A stretch of 64,000 nt of DNA from Balanoglossus misakiensis (lineage: Eukaryota; Animalia; Hemichordata): the NCBI GenBank assembly GCA_040954595.2, contig CM082581.2:9217878-9281877 (forward strand), in the 5' to 3' direction. Below are positions 47,550 through 59,993 of the stretch, one piece after another. The notes under the pieces are model-generated. The model was not told the origin of the DNA, made no database searches, and saw only the letters and a program-made list of their open reading frames with translations. A program made the position numbers and the translations under genes. Every line of letters starts with the position of its first letter. The first letter of the stretch is position 1.

Positions 47550-49834
47550 GTTGACTCGACTTCGATGCAGAGAAATATCCCAGCGAGCGAAAAAAAACAA
47601 CGATCCCTCCAAATGCGCCCTCGGAGAAATAAGCGATCCCCAGTAAGGTGTGAGTTTGAGCCTCGGACTCCAGTCACCTCACGGAATAACGCACTGCCGA
47701 AGAAATCCTGTGGATGAATTCCCACAGGAAGAAAATATGCACTGCCATCCGTAAGTGGTTTGCTCAAGCCTCTCATCAATTATAGGATAAGAGGCTTTCC
47801 ATTGTAAACTGCTGACCAAAGTTCTGTTTGAACTTCGGTTGTGTTGACCAATGAAACACACAGGCAGAACGTTGAAAGGGTAGCTTACAGCCCCCTCAAC
47901 CATGTTTCGTCCGAATGTATACGAGTTCGATGAATACACATTATAACTTTTGAGGTTATACCGTGAAAGTACAGTTGATATAGACGCGTTAGCTCAGCTC
48001 AGAGAGAGCACTTCAAGGGACTTTAATAGCACGGACTAAACCAGGTCCGTTTGATGGGTATACGCCGTCATCACTGGTCCTAACCCAAATTGCCGTAGAT
48101 GGCGTCCTCTAGTACTGTCGGACAGTACGGTGAAGTGCTTTGTGCACTTTCACTGATTTGCCAACACATCGATGACGCCGCACGAACATAATTTTTTCCA
48201 GCTGTAGACAGCGGTGATACAATGATCGCTTGGGAATTACAGCTATGTGTGGGACGGTTGTCATGGTTTCTGCTCGTCTTTCTTGTACCAGGTGGTTCGC
48301 TGGGTCATTTAATGTCATATTGCGTCACATGCAATATTCAAATGTCGGATTCCAAGAATTTTCGCGTGTTCCGACAAAATCGCTTGTGTGTTCAACATAT
48401 TGGCGATAAAGCTTTCGTTTTACTCAGTTAGTACACCCCACTTCTGCTGTGACCAGACGTAAAAAGTAGGCAGGTTAACCTTGAGTAAAATATCCTCACG
48501 TCAACACAAACTGTCTGGGGTCTAGATTGAATTACAGGTCTGTGGCCGTGCGCCCTCACAAACATTAACTCGTACTGGAGAATATTGGCCGGGGTGGACA
48601 TTACAGCGTTCGAGGTAAACTGTTCTTTTCGTTTTTTATTTTGAAGCATTCTTCTATATCACATGGTAGAACATTTGTAACGCCTGCGATTCCTAATCAA
48701 CAAGGCTTTTAGCGCTTCACATCGCAACTAGTGCATAGTGATTGTAAGTAGTCGTGGGAGGGCTGTATCATGACCAGGAATTTCCCCGGCGAATTTTCAT
48801 TAATAACTTACTGTAACTGTATATAGGTCTATGCGTATGACCATATGCATCTAATGATTGCATTTGCGACTTTGGTATTACTGGAAACACTACAATTGTA
48901 GTATTGAAGAGTATACATTTTAAGTATACATGCATATGACAGACTTTTCATATTGTCCCAGAATTCACACCGAAAGTCCTCTCTTAGAATAAAAAAGTTC
49001 GTCACCTTCATGACACAGTGTGCCCCAGGGTCGCGCCCTGGGGTAATTTATGTCCAGACTGTGCAAACAGTGAACCTAATATTGCGTTGGTACGACGCAC
49101 GGACTGACGCTATCTTACGTGTGTCGGACCATAAAATTCAGCATAGCTACGTGACCGGTCGTAGGCCGAAATCTAGCCCTCTTTAGCCTTATACCGATTA
49201 CATATCAGCTCTGCGAACCTTATGGTATATTATGGCAGACATTTCAATGTCCAGATTTATAATTTCTCAGTTATAGACTGCGAAATGGGACGTCACTCAT
49301 AAGGGAGCACAGAACAGGGTAGGCTTGAATTGACATTTGGTGATTTGGGGCCCGGTGGTTTCAAAAACACCTCCCCTTTTGACGTGCCTCATAGCAGGAT
49401 TGTTGCTGCTGCCATGCCGTGTTGTAGTACTAGTACGAACCACGGTCACTCCGTGTACAAACTGAGAGAGCAGCAAATATAGCAAGTATTCTCTGCTTCT
49501 TCACGGACAGGATCGTGCGTCCCCTCGTGTCGTGACTGCCGATCTGATCCAAGTTCAATAACCGTCAAAATGAAAGTAAAGTTTCAGTGGTCCCCATGGA
49601 AACCGAGTTGGCTGTTCTTTCGTGTGTACTTACCCCTAATGTGCAACAACGAACACGTAATCAAATTGAATGTCTGGCATTTATGTCACTTCTGTGTGTC
49701 ATTCGCCAGAAATAGCAGCAGATTTAGATACGGTCATATTTCCACTGTGCGACTTTTGTATTTTCGTGTGCAGTTGACACACAAATATATATGGTTTATA
49801 TGACTTTCATTTTAGAGTCTATACACTGGACAAA

Positions 49835-52800
49835 ATGTCACAGAGCAGTCAAGGCGGCAGTGGACAAATTCGAAGAGTCTCTGAGCCCAAGGTAAGACTA
49901 GGAATGATCGATCGGAGACTGGCTACAAAGCCAGCTGTCTCTCTTAGCTGACCAAGATCGCCTGATTCGGCCCGCATCATTGACAGCTAGAACAAAGCGG
50001 GATAGATCGCATAGCCAATCAGGGGCTTCGGAAAAATCTAGCCAAGGGACTTTCTTCTTGTACACCTGGTACATCATGGTTATATGCCTATCATCTGGCT
50101 TCTCAATGCATGTCATCTATCTATTGTTATATAATCAGAAAGCCTCCTTGCAAAAGAAATGACATGTATTGATAGGAGCTCGCATAACAGTGGTGTCTTT
50201 GGTGTGTAGTGTCGTCTGTTTGTGATTGTCGAAGTGGGTTGGAAGGAAGAGAAAAGGTTTACTTTCTGCCGGGCAAGTAGTGAGAGTAGCTTCAACTTGA
50301 TCGCGTGATTATAATTTTGTTGTGTCAACAGGTGTTTAACGACCCTATCCACGGACACATCGAAGTGGAGGCTGTTTATATGCATATTATCGACACACCG
50401 GAATTCCAACGTTTGCGAAACCTGAAACAGTTGGGAGCGGTCAACTTTGTCTACCCCGGAGCGGTTCACACCCGTTTCGAACATTCAATTGGGTAAATGT
50501 CTGTCATAAAGCTAGCTGCAATGATAGCGGTTGCTGCTAGGTTGACTGGTGTTCGCAACATACCAGTATCACAGTCCATATGCTAGTATATACTGCGAAC
50601 ACCAGTCAACCTGGCAGCGGCACCCGCTACACTCATTGCAGCTATCATAAAGCTATCTTCGTTGTCATTCGTAGTGAAACTCCACCAACCACCGGAACAA
50701 TCTATAGGCCGTTTTATAGAATGTCACAACCGAATGTGTGCATTGTCAAGTGACAAACAGAGTCAACACGCACAAATGTCAACCACAGACAAAGAAGGGC
50801 CCCAACACTGCAAGAGTCTCTTTGGTAACTTACTCTTACTTGTTCCAATTACCCATGCAGAACGTGTTACCTGGCTCGGAGATTGATTCGTCATTTGAAA
50901 GAAACTCAACATAACTTGGGAATAACTAAGGAAGAAGAACTATGTGTAGGACTGGCCGCGCTTTGTCACGATTTAGGTACATATGGGGGTTGCAAATCAT
51001 ATTATAATAATTGCATGGTGGGTAAAAAAGTTGACAACTCAAGGTAGTGAACGTTTCAAGAAATTATATTATTAATGACGTTTTTAACAGTGCATTGTGC
51101 TGATAATACCCAGAGCATACTGTTTAGTCAATTATCTGCCCTGGGTTATATACATGTATATGTGATATATTTTTTTCTAATTGTTAGAGTTTGTTTAATT
51201 TATTCGCGTGTTTGTTTATTTTTCATCTCAGGTCATGGACCGTTTTCTCATCTGTTTGATCGAATATTCATTCCGAAATTCAAACCAGATAAATACGAAA
51301 ATTGGTCTGTAAGTACGGTTGGTTATCATAGATATTGACCAATAATAGTCATCATGTGATATCTGGAAAGTTATTATTTGTCTTATGCATACAATATACA
51401 CATTCCTCCTGTATAGTTATTCCTGCGGCCAATAAATGAAGATTATTTATCTGACAATTCTCTAATAATTAACTAATTTTACCATCTTGTATCTGCGTCT
51501 TTATCTCAAATAGCACGAACTTGGGTCCATAAAGATTTTCGACCAAATGGTGGAAAGATATGAGTTGAAGGATCGTTTTGAAGAATATGGTTACAAGCTG
51601 GACAACACTGACTTTCACTTTGTGAAGGAAATGATCTATGGGCCGCTGGATATGAACTCCGCCGATTACGTAAAGGTGTGAACAAAATTCTTGTAATAGT
51701 GTGGAATTCAGACAAAGTATATAACATTTTCCGAAATCTTCCATTATTAACAACACTTAAATCCGTTTGTCAGAATTGTGTTGTTGGAGATGTAAATCGC
51801 AATAAAACTTCCAATGTTTTGTTTTGTAGCCTAAGGATGGAAAGTACCAAGCGAAGTTTCCAGATAAGCATTTCTTTTACGAGGTAACTATTGTTATGGA
51901 ATTTCAAGGCTACCGCGATTACTTGCGCGTGATATGGCGGAACAAATCCATGGCAATCAATGGATTTGGCCGCTAACTATAAAAGATTAGATGTGTTTGT
52001 GGATTGGAACATTAGCCATGCCGTTGAACCACCTAAGATTAATTCGGGGTGGTAATTTTGATAATAGTTTTTGCTCCGTGTATCATGAACACTGAACGTT
52101 GCGTCAAGAATATTCATGACATTTCTCATGAAACCACTTCCTTTCTCGTCTCCAGATCGTGTCAAATAAAACAAACGAGATCGACGTGGACAAATGGGAT
52201 TACTTTGCTAGAGATAGCTATCACCTCGGCGTACCATGCAGTTTCACACACAATCGATTCATCAAGTTTGCCAAAGTGTTGAACGTCGAAAAAGGTCAAA
52301 AGAAAACACAAATTTGCTTTAGAGACAAGGCGAGTTTCTTTAAACTTATTGTACTTGTAATATATATTTAGAAGCTTCTCGACGTACGTGTATACAAGTT
52401 CCTATCTTATGGTTGCTACGTTGGAATTCGTAATATTACTTCGCGGTATTGTCTTACAGGAGGCGCCCAGTGTGTATGAGATGTTTCATACCAGATTTCG
52501 CCTATACATGATGTCATGTTATCACCCGGTGGCAATTGGCGTGGAAGCTATGTAAGGTTTTTGGCCATTTGCTACCTTTCCATTAGGTTGCCTCGTCAAC
52601 CTGCAGTTTTCACGAGTCGTCCGTTGCTTATACTATAATCGTGACGCATGTCCGCCAGCAAAATTATTTCTATCTATAAACATGCCGAAGATAATTTCCA
52701 TTGCAATTACTTCTTTATCAAATTGAAAATTCATGAATATGATTGAAGAGAAGCGAGAGAAGTTGCATACACGTTTCATTTGTTTTTCCGTAGGATCACC

Positions 52801-54746
52801 GATGCGTTGGTTGCGGCAGGGAAACACTTGAAGCTAACAAAACCTGGCGGGTAAGATATCATTATTGTCTGTACACTTTCAGTCCTTTAAATCAAACACA
52901 CAATTATTTTTAGCCTTCTCTTTTGTAACCGCTTTCAGCAAAACTTTCACAATGGCGGAAGCCATCACGGACATGGATGCATATCGATTGCTGGACGATA
53001 ACATTTTGACGCTGATCCGGCATTCCTATGGCAACCGTGACCTGGCCGAAGCGAGGGGAATTCTTGAACGGATGCAAAAACGCCAACTTTACAAGATGGT
53101 CCGTCAAATAACCGTACCCCTGGAAGCAAATAAACACGATCTTAACGAGGTAACTTATTGAGATGTTACGATCATTGTGTACATTCGTGAAAAAAACTTG
53201 CCCAACCAACAACACTATAGCAAAGAAGCTGCTTTCGGCTTAAGCAACCCAAAGTCCGTATTTTGCACGATCTATTCTTCAGTAAAACCTGAGGAATACA
53301 TCTGCACTTCTGTCGTCTTAAATGTTGTAAATTGCGTCGTTACATTGCTATGTCATGAAGAAGACTAGATTGAAAGATCAGTAGTTCGAGGGCTCTCACT
53401 GCCCCCTACTTTAGAGAGAGAGGAGGGGGGGGGCAGTCTTAGTAGAAGACACACCGATTTGAACATGTTTAATATATTTGTACTGCAAATAAAATGACAA
53501 ATTATTACAATTCTAATAATAGTAAAGTACTCAAACTTGATTTCACTTTCTTTCAACAGGATGTTATACGTGACAACATCATAGCTTGTAAAGCTAATGA
53601 CGGATCACTTTCAGCCAATGACATTTGTGTAAAGGTAACGTGCACTACTATAAATTTGTCTCTATTTCCATGAGACGATAGATCACTTGACCGGCCACGT
53701 TCAGGCGGTTTGTTAAATCCATAATCTTGAGTTTCTTTAATGTGTTTGAACCGTAGTACATGACAGGTGGCCAATACACTATGTTCGTTGGAGACGTGAG
53801 GGGAAAGTGTGATACTACACTAAACTGTCAAACGTTGGTAATCCCCATTGATTGTTCGCAGGCTGTCAACAGGGACTACGGCATGAAAGACAAAAATCCC
53901 GTGGATTCTGTTTTATTCTTTAGTAAAGATAAACCCAACCAGCCGAAACCCATATCGAAGGAGGAGGTAGGATATGTAAACGTTTTTCAACGATGAAATA
54001 TGTACACACTGTATAGCAACACTTATTTAGAAGCACTAAGTCTGGTATCGGCTGTCGAATGGTCTTGCTCATGGCCTGTACTGTCCTGCTGGAAAGGAAT
54101 GTGCCAATATAAGTATCCATAAACTCGACTACGTATTACAATACTCCCTTTTTACTTCACGTATTGCGCAGGTATCCCACATTCTTCCACACACATTCCA
54201 AGAACGGTTATTGTTGGTCTACGTGAAGAATATCGCTAAGCGATCCCTAGCTGGTCGGTGCATAGATGAATGGAGAGCAAAGACCCATTGGCTTCAAAAG
54301 GCGTCAACAGCAGAGGTAATAAATAAAAGCACGCTTTCGCGATGGCTAATAATGAGATCCATTGTAATATGTGCCTCCAGAAATTGACTTTTTTTTTTAC
54401 AAAATTGCTCGTTTTTTTTATTTCATGTATTAAAAAACATCCCAACAACATTTCATTTGAAATATTAGTTCCAGGCCAATGTGTTTGCAAAACCTTTATT
54501 GGGTTTTCCATTTGTCTCTTTGCAATTTTACACAAATGCACACATTGAAGACATGTAGGATTGGAATTCCAGCATCTGCATCGTATTTTCTTTTCTTCAT
54601 CATAGGATGGCGAGTCCGAGAAAACTCCTGTACGTGATGGTAAGGTGCAGGCTCCACCCAATCGGCCATTAAAACGCGCTAGCGCTCGTGGTGATGACCA
54701 TGAAGTTGAGGCGGTTACAAAGAAGTTGTTTACAGACACGGACTAG
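49835..54746 (+). CDS. SAMHD1: SAMHD1-like dNTP triphosphohydrolase, paralog A (HD domain, no SAM domain), 14 coding exons
   Basis: Exons 49835-49891, 50332-50492, 50861-50976, 51232-51308, 51514-51675, 51830-51883, 52156-52329 (GC donor), 52460-52551, 52794-52850, 52939-53149, 53560-53634, 53862-53966, 54172-54315, 54606-54746. Motifs [63 protein letters not shown]. Confidence 0.93.
50513..50644. mobile_element. 132-bp foldback MITE with 9-bp target-site duplication, in SAMHD1-A intron 2
   Basis: TAGCTGCAATGA...GGTTGACTGGTGTTCGCA and TGCGAACACCAGTCAACC...TCATTGCAGCTA form a long inverted repeat, flanked by TCATAAAGC at 50504-50512 and 50645-50653. Confidence 0.85.
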
Positions 54747-55769
54747 TGTAGTGTGCCATTTAAGCATAACCCCTGAAGCGAAGGGTGTGCATTGTCATGT
54801 CTATTTTCATCTTTAAAAGCTCCATGCCCGAATCAGTCTTCCCTGCATATGACTGTAAATGTGTGTCTAACAGTCAAAAGACTATCAACTGAGAAGTTTT
54901 ACACGGCATTTTCATATGTGACGTGATGTATTTTTCGAGATATCTTTTCTGCTATATGCTTATGCCGAAGGTTTAACTTGGGATGTTGATTAACAAAGAC
55001 GAAAATATATCCCAAATACCAAATATCAACATTCCTTGGTTCAACTAGTCGAATTTCATTTCGGAGAAGTGGTGATAAATGCAACCTGTATCAATTTAAG
55101 TATAGTTTGGAGATTAAAATTGTAATAATTAGGTGTGATTTTATTTTACGAAGGCAATGATTTATTTCAAACATTTTCCGTTTGAGAAAAGTCAGAATTT
55201 GCACAGATCATAATTATGTTTATAGCTTCCCAGGTCAGTTGCAAGGGCTTATGGGTAAAGTGTCCATGGCGATCCAATATGGCGGCCTCCTGAGCTGTTA
55301 TTATGCAGTCGCCGAAAACAAATCGTGGTGATGTTAATTCGGTAGCATCGACTGCGTGATCGATTGGGTAGAACAGGTAGGCAAAGTAAGAATATTTGTG
55401 CAATCATGCCAGAAAATATTTTGCGACCGGATCAGAGCTGCAGAGCGTTGTCGAACTTCGAAGTGAGTGATACGGATACGGTAACCTATGCAAATTTAAC
55501 CTGTTACCATGGAAAATGGAAATATAGCCGATCACAGAGGGTGCTACACGCGAAAAATAGTACGCCACTTCAAGGTCATTCAAAGACTAGGAGTTACACA
55601 CGCCCCTTTGACCATTCTCCCCGGCCCCCCTCGCTCGACCTTCGTACCAGTGCAGATAACAGAGAGCGCCCCCAGGCGACAAATGTTTCATCAGCCTGTA
55701 TTCTCTCTTTTTGTCTGATGCCTGACATTAGTCCAGGGGGCAGTTGTAAGCTTTTGTTCCCAGTAGAAG

Positions 55770-58700
55770 ATGACAAGCAGAAAAGGGAAACCAAAGGTAA
55801 ATCTTCACTTTCCAAGAACATTAATTTTTTATGGTGCTCTGTAATTTTTTTTTTATCATGGCACCCGTTAAAAAGGAAGTACATTGTATTTAAATACAAT
55901 GGAACTGTGATGGTTTTGATTGGTTTATGATATAAAGTGGGGTATTTTTAAAGCTCAATTCCCCTTCTGATTTTCTTGCAAGCATCATTATTGACCTGAT
56001 CCATTTGTGTACAATCTGGTGCAATGTTCATGAGAATACATGCACCCATATCCAAACTCTATCACAGCTAGTACATGATGTTTCAAGCCCTCCACTCGAC
56101 CCACATATGTATCACTTTACAGGCATTCAATGACCCAATCCATGGTCTCATTCAACTCGACTGGGTTTACGTCCGGATCATTGACACCGTCGAATTTCAA
56201 CGGTTACGAAACATCAAACAGTTGGGAACTGCACACCTTGTCTACCCCAGTGCGGTACACACTAGATTTGAGCACAGCATAGGGTGAGAATGGACACTGT
56301 AAATTGTAACTTACACATTTTTCTGTCTGTAACTTTATCAAGCAAAACAAACATGTCCATCATAATGTCAAAAGATAACGTGACCCTTTAAAAATATATG
56401 ATTGCATGTGAATGTATAAACAGCATTATTTCCTTTAAATGTAATGCATTTTCATTTCACCCAGTCTTGATTTTGTTTTATGGTGATTTCCAAAGAACAT
56501 GCTACCTTGCTCTGAAATTGGTGCAGAATCTCCGAAAGGATGAAAACCTGGGAATAACAGACAAAGAACAGCTGTGTGTGGGCCTGGCTGCACTACTACA
56601 TGATATAGGTAAAATATTCTGTTATTGATTCAGAACATAATATTGGCATATCTGTTATAGCGTACACTGTAAAGTGTTATTTACAGGATTGATAAGCCTA
56701 CACTCTGTTGATTTATTAGGCTGTGACAGGTCACATGAAAAAAAAAATGTTATCGTTTATGTCACTGCTCCGATAAGACTATAAGCAAACATGAGCTCTT
56801 CCAGATTGCTGTTCTGGGAATGCATGTCAGGGGATATAGAAAACACTGGCAGTCATCACAAGAAATTTGCTGGCTGTGAAAATGTTGTGTGTCAGCACGT
56901 CTGTCGTTTATGACAGTTTCGTTGTTGTGACATTGTACACTAATTCCTACAAAAGTGTCTGTCCCTTTACAATTACAGGTCATGGACCCTTTTCACACTT
57001 GTTTGAAAAAATCATCAAAGATGGCATATGTGGAGAGAAACATTCCAAGACTTGGAAGGTGTGTTAATTATTGTAAAAAAGGGGATTGTTTGCTTATCAT
57101 GTGATACACAAAAATGGTTTCATAGTTTTATTCTCAGTTTAATGGCCTGAATCCCAGAGTGAGAGAGAGAGAGAGAGAGAGTGTGTGTGTCAACTGGTCA
57201 AGTTACTTGGGGTTTCTTGAAGCATACTACTCTTGCTTTACATTTCAGCACGAGTTAGCGTCCTGTAAAATCTTTGATATGATGGTGGAAAAGTATGAAC
57301 TATTGGAGCATTTCAGAAAGTGTCAGATTACAGATATGACAATAGGTGACATTCACCTGGTGAAGGAAATGATCTGTGGACCTTTGGAGAAAAATTCAAC
57401 TTTGAATGGCAACTATAAGAAGGTAAAAAGAATGTTCGTGAGAAATTTAAATTCCATTCAGCCAATCACCAAACATGACAGCGACTTGATAAATCATGAC
57501 TTGCATATATTCAGGCAGCTTTTGATGAATTGTTCAAAATACTGTATATCTTTGATATAACTGTAATATATATATATTTTTATTAATTATCACTTATTTG
57601 TTGACATGTAGATTGAAGAATATCAGTCGCATCTTCCACCAAGTAAATACTTCCTGTATGAGGTAAGAATTTATTAATGCAAGGGCGCCCTCACAACTTA
57701 CCTTTGTAGATACCTTTGTTTGGTTCAACCACAGTGTCTTCAATGGGGCAGTTGGACCCGCATGATATAAAGGTGTATGATAGATGTACAGTGTATATAC
57801 AGCGGTTGTTCACCCAACTTTGACCACATTTGATATTTCCAGATTGTGTCCAACAAGACCAGCGGGATGGATGTGGACAAGTGGGAATACTTCGCCAGGG
57901 ATTGCCACCATCTTGGCATAGCCAATAACTTTGATCATAATCGATTCATAGAGTTTTCGAACGCAGTAATTACCGATGAGAGGACGGGGAAACGGCAACT
58001 GTGCCTGCGTGACAAGGTTCGTAGCATTAATGTAACAGTGGATGTCGTAAAACTGTCTTTCTGAAGAGACAGCCATCATCTGACGCATACCTGGGTGAAT
58101 TTCCAGTTTCACAATAACTCATTTCACCCTCAACACAAAAAAAAACAGGTACTTTAAAGGGACACCTTTATCAGCTGTATCTAAAAGCAACTGTGATTGG
58201 ATTAACTCGATAAACATTAAACACCACCACATAAGAAGTGGCTTCCACAATAATTACATCACTTTACTGAGATCAGATGTCTGCATGCACATTCTGAACA
58301 CTGATGGATTTCTTCTGCATCTTTTTTGCAGGAAGCGCACAATGCGTATGAAATGTTTCATACGAGATATCGTTTGTACAGACAGGCATACTATCACACC
58401 GTAACCCTGGCAACAGAAGTCATGTGAGTATTTTACAGTTCGTTTGCTAGGCAGGACAGCTTTTTTGTCAGGGGCCAGTCTACATCTGTTCAAGACCGAA
58501 AATGGTAAACAGATGAACAGAATTTGAATATTTAGGTTTGTATCTGTGATAACTGGGATCAAATATATAAGTTAAACTCTTTCTTTTTTTGACATGATGC
58601 CCATACAATCTTTCTAGAATGTAGATTTGACACATTCATTATTCTATTTTGCTGGGAAATAACATAGTCTTGTTTCTCCTTCTTCGTAGGATCAAAGACA

Positions 58701-59993
58701 TCATCAGAGAAGCTGTCGACCATTTTGAAATCAGAGTGTCCAAAAAACCGGAGTAAGTGTTGTGAAAACTTATCATAGCAGATATATCATGTGACAGAAC
58801 GATATGAGGAAACTTCCCAATAGTGGAAAATACCTTTAGTAGTGGCTCTGATCCTTTGCGATGTTTCACCACCAGGTCTGATCCCGAAATTTTCACAATA
58901 AAGTCAGCGCTGGATGACATGGAAGCTTATTTACAACTTGATGACACAGTACTAACCTTGATCTTTCACTCCGCGCAAGGAACCCGAAATCCAAACTTGC
59001 AGCGCGCTCTCAGGCTCTACAAACGGCTACAGGAGAGAAAGATTTACAAACTGGTGAAGAAAATCTCTCTGCCAAAATATGTCCGAGATCCAGTTAAAGT
59101 GAGTGGGAATTTAGAAACCCTGGATTAAACTGAGTAGTATTTTGTGCAAAGTTTCAAACAATTTTATTAAGAAGCCTGCTGTGGAAAACCAAGTCTCGTG
59201 AGATCTCGCAATGAGCGGAGTATAATCTAGTTCAACAATGACAGCATATCAAGCTGCTTTGGGCTGAATACTTGTCATTGCAGCCTTCAAATATGGAGGA
59301 CAACAAGAAACTGATTATAATATCCTTTTCACTTGTAATAAACTAACAGGCAAAGCCGAATTTGGATGACATAATCAAGGCAGGGGGCAGTGAAGTTGGT
59401 TCCTTGACAAGTGATGACCTGTACATACAGGTAAATGAGCCCTATTTATAATTACCTCAGTAACTTAGTTACAAATGAAACATGTACATGTGTTTTAGTT
59501 TGGTTGCTCCTTAATCTGTTGTCATTTGTTTTATAACAGCCCGTGAAGTACAATTACGGAAAGAGAGGCGAAAATCCGGTCAATTATATCCACTTTTACT
59601 CTAAGGAAGATGAAGGAAAGGCCTTTATTATTCCGAAAGATCAGGTTCGTCACTGTGTGTGGGTGTCTTCTTTGATTTTACTCAGAAATATAATAGGGGG
59701 GGGGGGGGGGATCGGTAATGCATACACAATCCAATACAATGGAACACTCATGAATTTAATTAACACGACGGTCCCTTCCCAGGTTTCACAGCTGCTTCCA
59801 GACAAATTTGAAGAACTTCAACTACTCTTTTATGTGAAGGAGACCGATAAATTCGAAGAGGCCAAGCTCTGCGTCAACACTTGGCACGAGACAGTGTATA
59901 CAGATTGGCTGAAACCATTCCATCCTGAGGTACAGTAAATTTCCTCAAATGAACAGTCCACTTTGGGGGTCTTTCCATTGTTTTCAGGGGTGA
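55770..59993 (+). CDS. SAMHD1: SAMHD1-like dNTP triphosphohydrolase, paralog B (no SAM domain, truncated C-terminal tail)
   Basis: Exons 55770-55796 (MTSRKGKPK), 56123-56283, 56496-56608, 56979-57058, 57249-57422, 57612-57662, 57843-58016, 58332-58423, 58690-58752, 58876-59098, 59350-59430, 59540-59644, 59783-59929, then 59988-59993 (G*) or read-through to the stop at 59938. Same intron positions as paralog A. Motifs LHDIGHGPFSH and [12 protein letters not shown]. Confidence 0.92.

Noticed and set aside
55364-55930. 188-aa ORF as the N-terminus (possible SAM domain) of SAMHD1-B
   Set aside because: No SAM-like pattern, and its frame meets the 55796 donor in phase 1, whereas the next exon needs phase 0. 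The ATG at 55770 fits.
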